This document shows, one piece after another, positions 18,401 through 27,759 of a stretch of DNA of 64,000 nt (positions are counted from its first letter, which is position 1; each line of letters starts with the position of its first letter). Both the position numbers and the translations under genes were made by a program. The DNA is from Betaproteobacteria bacterium (lineage in GTDB: Bacteria; Pseudomonadota; Gammaproteobacteria; Burkholderiales; Rhodocyclaceae): positions 13,581 to 77,580 of the forward strand of contig WQYQ01000013.1 of assembly GCA_009781175.1 (NCBI GenBank). The letters are read 5' to 3'. The notes below the pieces were generated by a model. That model worked only from the letters and a program-made list of their open reading frames with translations, was not told the DNA's origin and did not search any database.

Positions 18401-19207
18401 TCAGCCAAAGCGGAAAGCGGAAAGCGTCATGCCAAGAATTTTGTCGGCGTAAATCTTTGTCCCGACAGCATCGCCCGCCGCGCCCGCAACGACCATCAAG
18501 GGCAAAAGATGCTCTTCCCGCGGATGCGCTTGCCGTGCGGCCGGCGCTTCCGTCCAATGCGTGAGCAGGGTGTTGCGGCGTGCCACATCCGGCATTTCGA
18601 GCGTCGCCGTCAGCCAGGCATCGAAAGCCTGCGAGGCGGCTGCGCCGATGGGGCCGAACGCGCGCAGGTTGTGGTAACTCATGCCGCTGCCGACAAGCAA
18701 TATGCCCTCCTTGCGCAGCGGCGCGAGCGCTTCTCCGGCGCGCAGATGTTCGGCCGGATCAAGTCCGTGACGCAGCGAAAGCTGCACGATTGGCACATCC
18801 GCCTCGGGGTAAATCAGCTTGAGCGGAATGAATACACCGTGGTCCAGACCGCGCTCGCTGTCATATGCGCATGCGAAGCCCTCCGCGGTCAATAGGTTGG
18901 CGATTCTCTGCGCGAGTTCGGGCGAGCCCGCGGCGGGGTATTCCAAACGATAAGTGTGTTCGGGGAAGCCGTAGTAGTCGTAAAGCAGCGGCGGCTTCGC
19001 CGCGCTATTGACGGTGAATTGCGGCGCTTCCCAATGGCCGGAGATGACGACCACGGCTTTGGGCTGGACCGCCAGTTGTGCCGCGAGCCCTTCCAGGAAG
19101 GATTGCATGTTCCGCCAGGTATCGGGCGGATTCCAATCCATGAAAAAACATGGGCCACCACCGTGAGGGATGAACACGGTCGGTAGTTCAAACATGGCGG
19201 CGCTCAT
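18401..19207 (-). CDS. DODA-type extradiol ring-cleavage dioxygenase (LigB-like)
   Basis: FIPHGGGP, ISGHWE, RGLDHG, GSGMSYHNL, HPREEHLLPL. Confidence 0.9.
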   Translation of the reverse strand: MSAAMFELPTVFIPHGGGPCFFMDWNPPDTWRNMQSFLEGLAAQLAVQPKAVVVISGHWEAPQFTVNSAAKPPLLYDYYGFPEHTYRLEYPAAGSPELAQRIANLLTAEGFACAYDSERGLDHGVFIPLKLIYPEADVPIVQLSLRHGLDPAEHLRAGEALAPLRKEGILLVGSGMSYHNLRAFGPIGAAASQAFDAWLTATLEMPDVARRNTLLTHWTEAPAARQAHPREEHLLPLMVVAGAAGDAVGTKIYADKILGMTLSAFRFG

Positions 19208-19259
19208 GGCATCACTCCATTGGTGCGGACCATGAAGTCTAGGGATGGGGTTGGAGATC

Positions 19260-19310
19260 GGCAAGGCAAAGCCTTTTGTACTGTCTGCGTTTCGCGCGCC
19301 TTGCCTGCAC
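19260..19310. repeat. Degenerate Correia-like core remnant
   Basis: TTTGTACTGTCTGCGTTTCGCGCGCCTTGCC within a GGCAAGGC/GCCTTGCC inverted repeat. Confidence 0.45.
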
Positions 19311-19327
19311 CGTTGCGCTGGGTTTTG

Positions 19328-19933
19328 TTAGCGGCTCGAAGCTGTGGAGGCCGACGGAGGGTTGTGCCAAACCACTTCCATGAACGCCAACATGTCCTCT
19401 TCGGTGACTTGCTCTCGGCGCGGAAGAAAGCGTTCGTACAGGATGCGGCTGATGTGCGCTTCGTCATCCGTGCTCATTTTCAGCTTGGCCGCGCCAAAGT
19501 ATGTGTCGATGACCCGGCAGACTTTCTCGAACAAAACCAGATCCAGACCTGCCGCCATCATCTCAGCCCTGGTCATGCGCGCTGTGTGAGGCGTGGCTTC
19601 AGAGTGAGAAAGCGTATAACCCGCTTTGGCTTGGCGTGCCTCCAGCCGTGTTGGATGCGGATTGGTCGGATTAGGTAATGGGCCACGTTCAGGTAGCCAC
19701 TGGAGTCCTTCGCCAAAGAAAAGCCACTCTGCGCGAATCCCGGTCTTTGCTTCGATCAAATCACGCGTTTTCCTTTGCGGCATATAAGCGCCTTCACGAA
19801 TGCTCGTGATGGTGTGTTTCGGTACGCCATGTCTCGCCGCCCACGCATAAGGCTTTCCTCCTGTGATGGCCTCAAACCGGCTCAGGAATGCGTCGCGATC
19901 AAATTGGGCATTTATCGATTTCCGTACTGACAT
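19328..19933 (-). CDS. Phage CI-like/XRE helix-turn-helix regulator (no peptidase domain seen)
   Basis: N-terminal HTH ending IRAEWLFFGEG, resembling the WL-x-x-GEG motif of phage repressors. Confidence 0.6.
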   Translation of the reverse strand: MSVRKSINAQFDRDAFLSRFEAITGGKPYAWAARHGVPKHTITSIREGAYMPQRKTRDLIEAKTGIRAEWLFFGEGLQWLPERGPLPNPTNPHPTRLEARQAKAGYTLSHSEATPHTARMTRAEMMAAGLDLVLFEKVCRVIDTYFGAAKLKMSTDDEAHISRILYERFLPRREQVTEEDMLAFMEVVWHNPPSASTASSR

Positions 19934-20442
19934 GACAAGCACAAGGAGAGAATTTTTTATAAATACGCATAAATTCCAAACTTTTGCGGAGGTCTGTTTT
20001 TCTGGGTCGTTCGGAATTTGTGGCTGTTTTAGGGGTTGTTAATTTAAAAATGCTTGACTGGTTGCAAACTTCCGGCATAGACTGCATCTGTGTATAAATA
20101 GCGCACATTATTTTATGAAAACACGAGGCAACGGCTTGTAAGGCGTATTGCTTTAGGTCTCTGCTGCCCGAAGACGCCATGTTAAACGCAGACGGTGTGC
20201 TTGCGCCTGTATTTCTCGTGCGCTAAGGCAGAAGTCATGCGTGGCGTTGATGTTTCCGCCCCAGTTTTTCAAGGCGTTTGCCTGAGTTGGGGCGTCCGAT
20301 GAGTAAATCGTAGTTCAAATCTGTATCACAGTACGCAAGTTTCCAGTAACAAAAACAACTCGGGCCTGCAATGTAAATGAGGCCCGTAGGCCGTTTTCAT
20401 GTGGGAACGGCAGCTTGCAGGATATTTCCCAAAGGGATTTGG

Positions 20443-20571
20443 ATGAAACAATCAAAGAAGGCGCGCTCCGAGCGTTCGCTTAAAGAGGCGGATTCGTTGC
20501 GACAATATGCGGCAATTGTTAAGCGGGTTGAACAACGAGAAGGAGCGGCACAGGTAAGAGGTGGCGCATGA
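20443..20571 (+). CDS. Small hypothetical ORF (prophage-remnant-like)
   Basis: ATGA overlap with the next ORF; 42 aa. Confidence 0.3.
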   Translation: MKQSKKARSERSLKEADSLRQYAAIVKRVEQREGAAQVRGGA

Positions 20572-20876
20572 GTGACGTGCTTGTCAGCTTGCTCGGCGAT
20601 GCCGTACGCCATATAGACTTAAGCCGGCCGCATGATTCGGTCGAGCAACTCTCGCGCCTCACGCGTTTATTGGGGCAAACGCGAGATTTTATTGCCGACA
20701 TGTATTTGGAGGAGTCTTCCGAACGGACCTCCGCCTCTTTCGATCCTCAGACAGCTATCCGGCTTTGGCAAACGCTTGAGCAGGTCCAGAAACTGGCTTT
20801 GGCGCAGTGCTTTTTTCACGGAACGACTCCATCAAAGATCGAACGGTTGGCCGAGCCGCTTATGCTGCAAAAATAA
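20568..20876 (+). CDS. Hypothetical protein (102 aa)
   Basis: GAGGTG RBS-like sequence, ATGA coupling, helical composition. Confidence 0.5.
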   Translation: MSDVLVSLLGDAVRHIDLSRPHDSVEQLSRLTRLLGQTRDFIADMYLEESSERTSASFDPQTAIRLWQTLEQVQKLALAQCFFHGTTPSKIERLAEPLMLQK

Positions 20877-20942
20877 AAGTTGCCGGCAAAGCTTGGCGGG
20901 CAGGGTGCGCGAAACGCAAGCGGTACCCGGTTGCCAGAAACC

Positions 20943-20971
20943 AAAAAGGCCAGTCGTTTTTTGACTGGCCT
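20943..20971 (-). terminator. Terminator of the tRNA-Lys operon
   Basis: GGCCAGTC...GACTGGCC stem with a T-run on the minus strand. Confidence 0.7.
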
Positions 20972-20991
20972 AAGTATTTATTTTGTGCAAT

Positions 20992-21067
20992 TGGTAGGGG
21001 CAGTAGGATTCGAACCTACGACCTACGGATTAAGAGTCCGCTGCTCTACCAACTGAGCTATACCCCC
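20992..21067 (-). tRNA. tRNA-Lys (CUU)
   Basis: 76-nt cloverleaf: AGCTCAGTTGGTAGAGC D-arm, anticodon loop CT-CTT-AA, GGTTCGAATCC T-arm, CCA end. Confidence 0.95.
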
Positions 21068-21109
21068 GGAACTTCTTATTTTGCTGCGCGCCACTCATCT
21101 GCTTCGGAA

Positions 21110-21185
21110 TGGTGGGTCGGGCGAGACTCGAACTCGCGACCAACGGATTAAAAGTCCGCTGCTCTACCGACTGAGCTACCGACCC
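21110..21185 (-). tRNA. tRNA-Lys (UUU)
   Basis: 76-nt cloverleaf, anticodon loop CT-TTT-AA, AGTTCGAGTCT T-arm, CCA end. Confidence 0.95.
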
Positions 21186-21242
21186 GCGCAATCGAGCAGA
21201 ACAATATAGTCGTTTGGGCCTTAGCTGTCAAGGCTATTTTGT

Positions 21243-21923
21243 TCAGCAATAGCGTGTCGGGTCGGCCAGCCCCGCGGCGATAAAACCTTCGCGCCGTAGG
21301 CGGCAGGCTTCGCAGTTGCCGCACGCGCGGCCTGCGTGATCGGCCTGGTAGCAGGAAACCGTGAGTCCGTAATCGATGCCAAGCGCGGCGCCGCGTTGGA
21401 TAATTTCGGCTTTGGAAAGACGCATCAGCGGGACGTGGATCCGCAAGCGTTTGCCTTCGACGCCGGAACGCGTGGCGAGATTGGCCATGCGTTCGAATGC
21501 TTCGATGTATTCGGGGCGGCAGTCCGGGTAGCCCGAATAATCGACTGAATTGACGCCGATGTAGATGTCCTGCGCTTCCAACACTTCGGCCCAGCCGAGC
21601 GCGAGTGCGAGCATGACGGTATTACGCGCGGGGACATAGGTGATCGGGATGCCCGCCTGGGGGCCCGCGGTGGGCACGGCGATCGCGGCGTCCGTCAGCG
21701 CCGAGCCGCCGAATTGACCGAGATCGACATGCGCGACACGGTGTTCGCGGGCGCCGAGCGTGCGCGCGATGCGCGCGGCGGCGGCCAATTCGGCGTCGTG
21801 ACGCTGCCCGTAGGCGACCGATAGCGCGTAGGGGATAAAGCCTTCGCTTTGGGCGATGGCGAGACAAGTGGTTGAATCGAGGCCGCCGGAGAGCAGCACT
21901 ACGGCACGTCGTTGTGTATTCAT
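21243..21923 (-). CDS. queC: 7-cyano-7-deazaguanine synthase
   Basis: [29 protein letters not shown]...CGNCEAC. Confidence 0.97.
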   Translation of the reverse strand: MNTQRRAVVLLSGGLDSTTCLAIAQSEGFIPYALSVAYGQRHDAELAAAARIARTLGAREHRVAHVDLGQFGGSALTDAAIAVPTAGPQAGIPITYVPARNTVMLALALGWAEVLEAQDIYIGVNSVDYSGYPDCRPEYIEAFERMANLATRSGVEGKRLRIHVPLMRLSKAEIIQRGAALGIDYGLTVSCYQADHAGRACGNCEACRLRREGFIAAGLADPTRYC

Positions 21924-21971
21924 GAGCGTGAAGCCAGGGGAAAAATTGCGCTGAACAGGCGCGCTCTTACT

Positions 21972-22637
21972 TTAGCGTCCGGGAACGTTGCCCCAGATGA
22001 CTTTATGCAGTTGAACCTGCATGCGTACCGGCAAGCGGTCGCGCAGCACCCATTCCGCAAGCTGAGCAGGCGTGAGTTGGCCTTGTACGGGTGAGAACAA
22101 TACGTTGCAGCGCTCGGCGAGCTTGTGTTCGGCGAGTATTTGGCGCGCCCAGGCGTAGTCGTTGGCGTCGGCAAGCACGAATTTTATTTCGTCCTGCGCA
22201 TCGACGCGCGCGAGATTGTCCCAGTGGTTTTTCTCCTGCTCGCCCGAGCCCGGCGCCTTGAGGTCCATGATCGTGGAAACCCGGGCGTCGACGCTTGAAA
22301 TATCCAGGGCGCCCGAAGTTTCGAGCGAGACCGAATAACCGGCGTCGCACAGCGCGGTGAGCAGCGCAAAGCAGCTTTTCTGCGCCAGGGGTTCGCCGCC
22401 GGTCACGCAGACGTAACGGGTCCCGTAGCGGGAGGTTTCCCGCATGATGGCGTCGAGTTCCCACCATTCGCCGCCGCTAAACGCGTAGGAGGTATCGCAC
22501 CAGACACAGCGCAGCGGGCAGCCCGTCAGCCGGATGAAAACCGTGGGCAAACCGACGCGTGTCGATTCGCCTTGCAGTGAGAAAAAGATTTCGGTGAGCT
22601 TAAGTCTCTCCGGCTTGGCGGCTGCGGCGGTGTTCAC
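21972..22637 (-). CDS. queE: 7-carboxy-7-deazaguanine synthase (radical SAM)
   Basis: EIFFSLQGE, RLTGCPLRCVWCDT, TGGEP, QLHK. Confidence 0.96.
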   Translation of the reverse strand: MNTAAAAKPERLKLTEIFFSLQGESTRVGLPTVFIRLTGCPLRCVWCDTSYAFSGGEWWELDAIMRETSRYGTRYVCVTGGEPLAQKSCFALLTALCDAGYSVSLETSGALDISSVDARVSTIMDLKAPGSGEQEKNHWDNLARVDAQDEIKFVLADANDYAWARQILAEHKLAERCNVLFSPVQGQLTPAQLAEWVLRDRLPVRMQVQLHKVIWGNVPGR

Positions 22638-22640
22638 GTT

Positions 22641-23390
22641 TTATTTGCCCAAGCGCTGTTTGGCGGTTTGCGCGGCCGGGCTGGAGGGATACTTCGCGAG
22701 GATTTTTTCAAGCGAAGAGCGCGAGCCTTTCTTGTCGCCCAACTCAAGCTGACAGTTTGATAAACCGAGCAGCGCATCGGGCGCGCGTGCGTCCTCGGGC
22801 CAACTGTCCGCAACTTTGCCGAAGAGCTTGGCGGCTTCATGGACGTCGCGTGTTTGATAGAGCGCGGAGGCGGCCCAGAAATGCGCGCTCGGCAGGAAGC
22901 TGCTTCTCGGATAAGCCTTGATGAAAGCCTGAAATGCGCTGGCTGCGTCTTTGTATTTACCGGCCTTGAGCTGATTCAGCGCGGTTTCATAGTCGCGCGT
23001 TTCGTTGGCGGAGGGTTCGGGGGGAGCAGACGCTTGCGTAGGCTCCGCGGTTGGAGCCGGTGCCGCGGCGAGCGAGCTGGCCTCGAACTTGCGCATGCGG
23101 GCATCGAGGTCGACGTAGAAATCTTTCTGCCGTTTTTGCGCTTGGTCGAGATCGTTCGTGAGCACCTCGATCTGGCCGCGCAGCTGAGAGATTTCCTGCT
23201 TCAAGGCGTCGATCTGATTGGCCAGCTCGATTTGATTGCGCGCCGAGGTTTCAAGCTTTTGCAGGCGCGCGTCATTTTCCGTCCGCACTTGCTCGATCTG
23301 CTGGCGTGCCTCGGTATCGTCGAACAAGCCGGCGCGGACCGGCATCGCCGCGACCGCGCCGAGCAGAACTAGCAAAGTTGCTGTACGCAT
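22641..23390 (-). CDS. cpoB: Tol-Pal system protein CpoB/YbgF
   Basis: GLFDDTEAR N-terminus, coiled coil and TPR; TGATG overlap with pal. Confidence 0.93.
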   Translation of the reverse strand: MRTATLLVLLGAVAAMPVRAGLFDDTEARQQIEQVRTENDARLQKLETSARNQIELANQIDALKQEISQLRGQIEVLTNDLDQAQKRQKDFYVDLDARMRKFEASSLAAAPAPTAEPTQASAPPEPSANETRDYETALNQLKAGKYKDAASAFQAFIKAYPRSSFLPSAHFWAASALYQTRDVHEAAKLFGKVADSWPEDARAPDALLGLSNCQLELGDKKGSRSSLEKILAKYPSSPAAQTAKQRLGK

Positions 23391-23932
23391 CAATATTCAC
23401 CCGAGTAAAGAATGTCCGAGCGACGGTTCTCGGCCCATGCCGCCTCGTCGTGGCCCAGCGCATGAGGTTTTTCCTTGCCGAGGCTGACGGCTTCGAGCTG
23501 GGCATCCCGCGCGCCGAGCAAGGCCAACGCTTTCTTGACGGCCTCCGCGCGTTTCTGGCCCAGCGCGAGATTGTATTCGCTCGATCCGCGCTCGTCGGCG
23601 TTACCCTGGATCAGCACTTTCATTTGTGGCTGCGCGCCGAGAAACTTGGCATGCGCTTCGATCAAGGGCTGGTAGGCGGATTGAATCTCGTACCTGTCGT
23701 ATTCGAAATAGACGCTGCGTTTCGACAGGATGTTGTTCGGATCTTTGAGTGCGCCGAGTCCGCTGAGCGAGCCGCTGCTGCCGGTACCGGATGGGGTGAC
23801 GGGCCCGGTTTGGGTATCGCTTGGCGCGGGTCGGGTTTCGACCGGCGTGGGCGGTGCTTCACTCGTCGGGGTGCTGCTGCAAGCGGCAAGGCCGAGTGCG
23901 AGAAGAATGGCGATGGGGGATAGCTTATGCAT
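23390..23932 (-). CDS. pal: Peptidoglycan-associated lipoprotein
   Basis: Lipobox LAA-C, SVYFEYD, GNADERGSSEYNLALGQKRA, ENRR. Confidence 0.96.
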   Translation of the reverse strand: MHKLSPIAILLALGLAACSSTPTSEAPPTPVETRPAPSDTQTGPVTPSGTGSSGSLSGLGALKDPNNILSKRSVYFEYDRYEIQSAYQPLIEAHAKFLGAQPQMKVLIQGNADERGSSEYNLALGQKRAEAVKKALALLGARDAQLEAVSLGKEKPHALGHDEAAWAENRRSDILYSGEY

Positions 23933-23970
23933 TTTGGTGTTCCTTATTGGTTCGTCGTTCAAGGGTGCTG

Positions 23971-25251
23971 CTATTTTTGAAAAGGCGCCCATGCGGGCTC
24001 ACGCACATCGCCAGCGAAGCCCGAGAGGCGTTGTTTGATCCGTCCGTCGATTGAAATCGCCGAGAGAACACCGCGCCCGCCGACTTCGGTGGCATACAGG
24101 ATAAAACGTCCATTGGGCGAGAAGCTCGGCGATTCGTCTTTGTCCGAATCGGTAATGATCTGAACCTGTTGCGAGGCGAGATCCATCAGTGCGATGCGGA
24201 AGCGGCCCTCGTTGCGCGTGAGGAAGGCCAGCGTCTTACCGTTGGGCGACACGCGCGGCGTCACGTTGTAGCTGCCGGAGAAGGTGATGCGCTGGGCCTC
24301 CCCGCCGCGCGCCGGAATCCGGTAGATCTGCGGCGAGCCGCCGCGGTCGGACGTGAAATAGAGCCATTGGCCGTCCGGTGAATACTGCGGTTCGGTGTCG
24401 ATGCCGGACGATTGCGTCAAGCGGCGCAGCCCTGTGCCGTCCGGGCGTAATTCGTAAATTTGCGAAAGACCATCCTTGGTCAGCACGACCGCCAGACGGT
24501 TGCCGTCGGGCGCCCAGGCGGGGGCTGAGTTCGAGCCTTTGAAATTCGAGAGCACGAAACGCTGCTTGCTCGCGAGCGTGTGGACGTAAACGACGGGCTT
24601 TTTGGTCTGGAACGACACATAGGCCAGCTTGGTGCCGTCGGGCGACCAGGCGGGCGAGATGATCGGCTCGTCCGAAATCAGCGCGGCCTGGGCGTTCTGG
24701 CCATCGGCGTCGGCAATCTGGAGCTGGTACTGGCGGCCGTTCTTGAGCACATACGCGATGCGGGTCGAAAAGATACCCGGTTCGCCGATGAGCTTTTGAT
24801 AAACCCAGTCGGCGACATTGTGCGCGGCCGCGCGGTACTGCTCGGAACGGAAGGTCAGCTCAAGGCCACCGAGATCGGCTTGGCGCGCGGTGTCGAAGAG
24901 CCGGAAGCGCACCTGCCAGCGGTTGTCCGCGGTGTGGCTGAGCGAGCCCGTAACAAGTGCGTCGGCGCCACGGTATTTCCAGTTGCCGAAGTCGACCGAC
25001 GCCGTTTCGGAAATCGGCTGCGGTCCGGTTTCGATGAGCTTGAACAGGCCGCTGCGTTCGAGGTCGGCGCGCGCCACATCGGAGAGCGGAGTCGGCAGGC
25101 CGTTCTCACCCTCGAAGGCGGCGAAAGCGATTGGGATCTGATTCGCGCCCGCGCCGGTGATTTCGATGCGCAATTGCGCCGCGGCGGGATAAGCGAACAG
25201 GCCAAAGCCGGCGCAGCAGCCGGCGGTGAGTAGTGTGCGTCGGGAAAGCAT
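23971..25251 (-). CDS. tolB: Tol-Pal periplasmic protein TolB
   Basis: FSTRIAYV, SPAWSPDG and PAWAPDG PD40 repeats. Confidence 0.96.
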   Translation of the reverse strand: MLSRRTLLTAGCCAGFGLFAYPAAAQLRIEITGAGANQIPIAFAAFEGENGLPTPLSDVARADLERSGLFKLIETGPQPISETASVDFGNWKYRGADALVTGSLSHTADNRWQVRFRLFDTARQADLGGLELTFRSEQYRAAAHNVADWVYQKLIGEPGIFSTRIAYVLKNGRQYQLQIADADGQNAQAALISDEPIISPAWSPDGTKLAYVSFQTKKPVVYVHTLASKQRFVLSNFKGSNSAPAWAPDGNRLAVVLTKDGLSQIYELRPDGTGLRRLTQSSGIDTEPQYSPDGQWLYFTSDRGGSPQIYRIPARGGEAQRITFSGSYNVTPRVSPNGKTLAFLTRNEGRFRIALMDLASQQVQIITDSDKDESPSFSPNGRFILYATEVGGRGVLSAISIDGRIKQRLSGFAGDVREPAWAPFQK

Positions 25252-25292
25252 CTTGCGATTATAGATTCCGTGTCTGAGTTGCGCCTCGGGCG

Positions 25293-26159
25293 TTATGGAT
25301 TGTCCTCGAACGGCCGGTACCTGATTTCGATTTGCCGCTCGAACAGCGAAGGGTCGCTTGGCAAGGGCAGCGGGCTTGATTTGCGGATCGCGCGTTCAAT
25401 GGCCGTGTCCAGGCCGGCATTGCCGCTCGAATGCAGGAGTTTGACATCCATGACCTCGCCGCTCGGTAATTGCTCGACCATGAAGCGCGCTTCCGGGTTG
25501 CCGGAGATCGAACTAGGCAGCACGATGTTGCCGCGAATTTTGACGCGGATTTTGTTTTCGTATTCGCGCTGCGCTTTGTCGGTGCTGGCCTTGGCCTTGG
25601 CGCTCGCGACCTTGCCGCTTTCTTCGTTGAGCAGCGCGCTCTGGCGCGCGCGTTCGGCCTCGCGGTTCAGCGTCGTTTGCATGCGTTTTTGATCGGCGGC
25701 GATCTGCGTCTTCAGAGCGTCCTGCGCTTCAGTGCGGTGGTCGGGCTTGGTTTCGGGTTTTTTCGGTTCCGGTTTGGGCTTCGGCTCGGGTTTGACTTCA
25801 GGCTTTTGCGGCTCGGGCTTTGGTTCGGGTTTCTTTTTTTCCGGTTTGGATGTTGGTAGCGCGATTTCCGGCTTGGGTACGGGTTTCGGCGGTTCGGGCG
25901 CCACTTCCGGGCGCGGCAGCGGCGGCGTTTCGATTTTCACCTGCGGCGGAGGTGGAGGAGGGGGGGGGGGCAGGGCTCGGGCGCTTGGTGGCGCTTCGTT
26001 GCGCACCAGCGCGACCTCGAAGGCTTCCGGCTCCTTGCGCTGCCAGCTTACGCCGTAGAAGAGCACCGCGATCAGCAGGAGATGCACCAGCACGGCGAAG
26101 AAGCCGGCCAGCCATTTGCCGGGCTCTTCGTAGGGGCGCAGCGCGGGATTGATCTCCAT
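25293..26159 (-). CDS. tolA: Cell envelope integrity protein TolA
   Basis: N-terminal TM with VLVH, Pro/Lys/Glu linker, C-terminal TonB/TolA domain SSGNAGLDTAIERAI. Confidence 0.88.
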   Translation of the reverse strand: MEINPALRPYEEPGKWLAGFFAVLVHLLLIAVLFYGVSWQRKEPEAFEVALVRNEAPPSARALPPPPPPPPPQVKIETPPLPRPEVAPEPPKPVPKPEIALPTSKPEKKKPEPKPEPQKPEVKPEPKPKPEPKKPETKPDHRTEAQDALKTQIAADQKRMQTTLNREAERARQSALLNEESGKVASAKAKASTDKAQREYENKIRVKIRGNIVLPSSISGNPEARFMVEQLPSGEVMDVKLLHSSGNAGLDTAIERAIRKSSPLPLPSDPSLFERQIEIRYRPFEDNP

Positions 26160-26171
26160 GCCGCGGGCGTC

Positions 26172-26582
26172 CTACGGCTTGCCCGGTTGAACGAGCAGGC
26201 CGACCTTCTGCACGTGGTTCTTCTGGAGCAGGTCCATGAGGTTCATGACCACTTCGTAGCGCACGCGCTTGTCGGCGGCGATCAGCACTGGCTGCTCGGC
26301 GTTGCGTGCCTGCGCGGCTTCAAGGATCGCGAGCAGTTCGGCTTCGCTGACCTTGCGCGCTTTGCCGTCTTTCGCGCGTTCGCGCACCGAGAGGGATAAA
26401 TCCTCGTCGAGGCGCACTTCGATGGCCTGCGCGGGCGGCGTCGGCGCTTTGCCGACCGAAGGCAGGTTGACCGAACCGCTTTGCATCATCGGGGCCGTGA
26501 CCATGAAGATGATGAGCAGGACCAGCATCACGTCGATATAGGGCACGACGTTGATTTGATTCATCAGGCGGCGCTGGCGCAT
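26172..26582 (-). CDS. tolR: TolR
   Basis: INVVPYIDVMLVLLIIFMVTAP. Confidence 0.95.
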   Translation of the reverse strand: MRQRRLMNQINVVPYIDVMLVLLIIFMVTAPMMQSGSVNLPSVGKAPTPPAQAIEVRLDEDLSLSVRERAKDGKARKVSEAELLAILEAAQARNAEQPVLIAADKRVRYEVVMNLMDLLQKNHVQKVGLLVQPGKP

Positions 26583-26603
26583 ATCCGCAACTCCTCTGCC
26601 GGT

Positions 26604-27281
26604 TTAGCGTAACTGCCGTTGGAGGATGTTGGAAAACTCCTCCATGAAACTTTCGTAGCGCGTCGTCAGCCGGTCGATGTTGTGGGCGAAACGGTTGTAG
26701 GCCACGACGGCCGGAATCGCCGCGAACAGACCGATCGCGGTTGCGACCAAGGCTTCGGCGATGCCGGGGGCGACTTGTCCGAGCGTGGCCGAACCGACAT
26801 CGCCGAGTCCGCGGAACGCGTGCATGATGCCCCACACCGTGCCGAACAGGCCGACGTAGGGGCTGACCGAACCCGCCGTCGCGAGAAAGGCGGTGTGCGC
26901 TTCGAGGTCGTCAACCTCGCGTTGCATAGTGGCGCGCATCGCGCGCCGCGCGCCGTTGATGATGTCGCTGGCGTCGAGATTGTTTTGCCCGCGCAGTTTG
27001 GCGAACTCGCGGTAACCCGCCACGAAAATGCGGCCCTGGGGGCCGGCTTTATCCATTTCGGCGGTGGCGTTGCGGTACAGCGTGCCCATGTCGCCGCCGC
27101 CCCAGAAGTTGCCTTCGAACTTCGCGGTGCGCCGCTGCGCATCGCGGATCGAAATGCTTTTGCGGAAAATCCAGTACCACGAAATCAGCGATACGCCGAG
27201 CAGGAGGGCAATGACGAGTTTGACGACGATGCTCGCTTCGAGGACGAGCGACAGAATTGAGAGATCGCTGTTTCCAGTCAT
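26604..27281 (-). CDS. tolQ: TolQ
   Basis: SPYVGLFGTVWGIM, VAPGIAEALVATAIGLFAAIPAV. Confidence 0.96.
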   Translation of the reverse strand: MTGNSDLSILSLVLEASIVVKLVIALLLGVSLISWYWIFRKSISIRDAQRRTAKFEGNFWGGGDMGTLYRNATAEMDKAGPQGRIFVAGYREFAKLRGQNNLDASDIINGARRAMRATMQREVDDLEAHTAFLATAGSVSPYVGLFGTVWGIMHAFRGLGDVGSATLGQVAPGIAEALVATAIGLFAAIPAVVAYNRFAHNIDRLTTRYESFMEEFSNILQRQLR

Positions 27282-27700
27282 TTAAGGGGTTCCAGAAGGG
27301 CTCGGAGATCGTCCGGGAGAGACGCGGGTTTCTTCTTGCTCAGGTTGACGCAAACCACCGTGATTTTGGATTCGAACAGCGCTTGCGCGCCGCGCAGGAT
27401 TTTTTGCCCGAAAACGAGCTTGGCGCGTCCGGCTTCCAGAACGCGGCTTTCCACGACGAGCGCATCGTCGAGTTCCGCGCTGCGCAGATAGTCGGCGCTG
27501 AGCGAATGGACGACAAAGACCAAACCGCGTTCGTCGCGCAGGCGCTGCTGTTCGAAGCCCAATGCGCGCAGCCATTCGGTGCGCGCGCGCTCGCAAAATT
27601 TCAGATAGTTGGCGTAATACACCACGCCCGCGGCGTCGGTATCTTCGTAGTACACACGAACCGGCCAGTGATGCGGTGGGACGGGATGAGATTCAAACAT
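27278..27700 (-). CDS. ybgC: Tol-Pal-associated acyl-CoA thioesterase
   Basis: RVYYEDTDAAGVVYYANYLKFCERARTEWL. Confidence 0.96.
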   Translation of the reverse strand: MFESHPVPPHHWPVRVYYEDTDAAGVVYYANYLKFCERARTEWLRALGFEQQRLRDERGLVFVVHSLSADYLRSAELDDALVVESRVLEAGRAKLVFGQKILRGAQALFESKITVVCVNLSKKKPASLPDDLRALLEPLK

Positions 27701-27759
27701 CGTGGCATTTTATCAGCGGCGCAGGGCGGTCTGCGCGCAGACGGTTACAGAATGCAACC

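Noticed and set aside
19200-19330. attL/attR duplication of the tRNA-Lys 3' end
   Set aside because: No match to the tRNA 3' sequence was found by eye at the far side of the remnant
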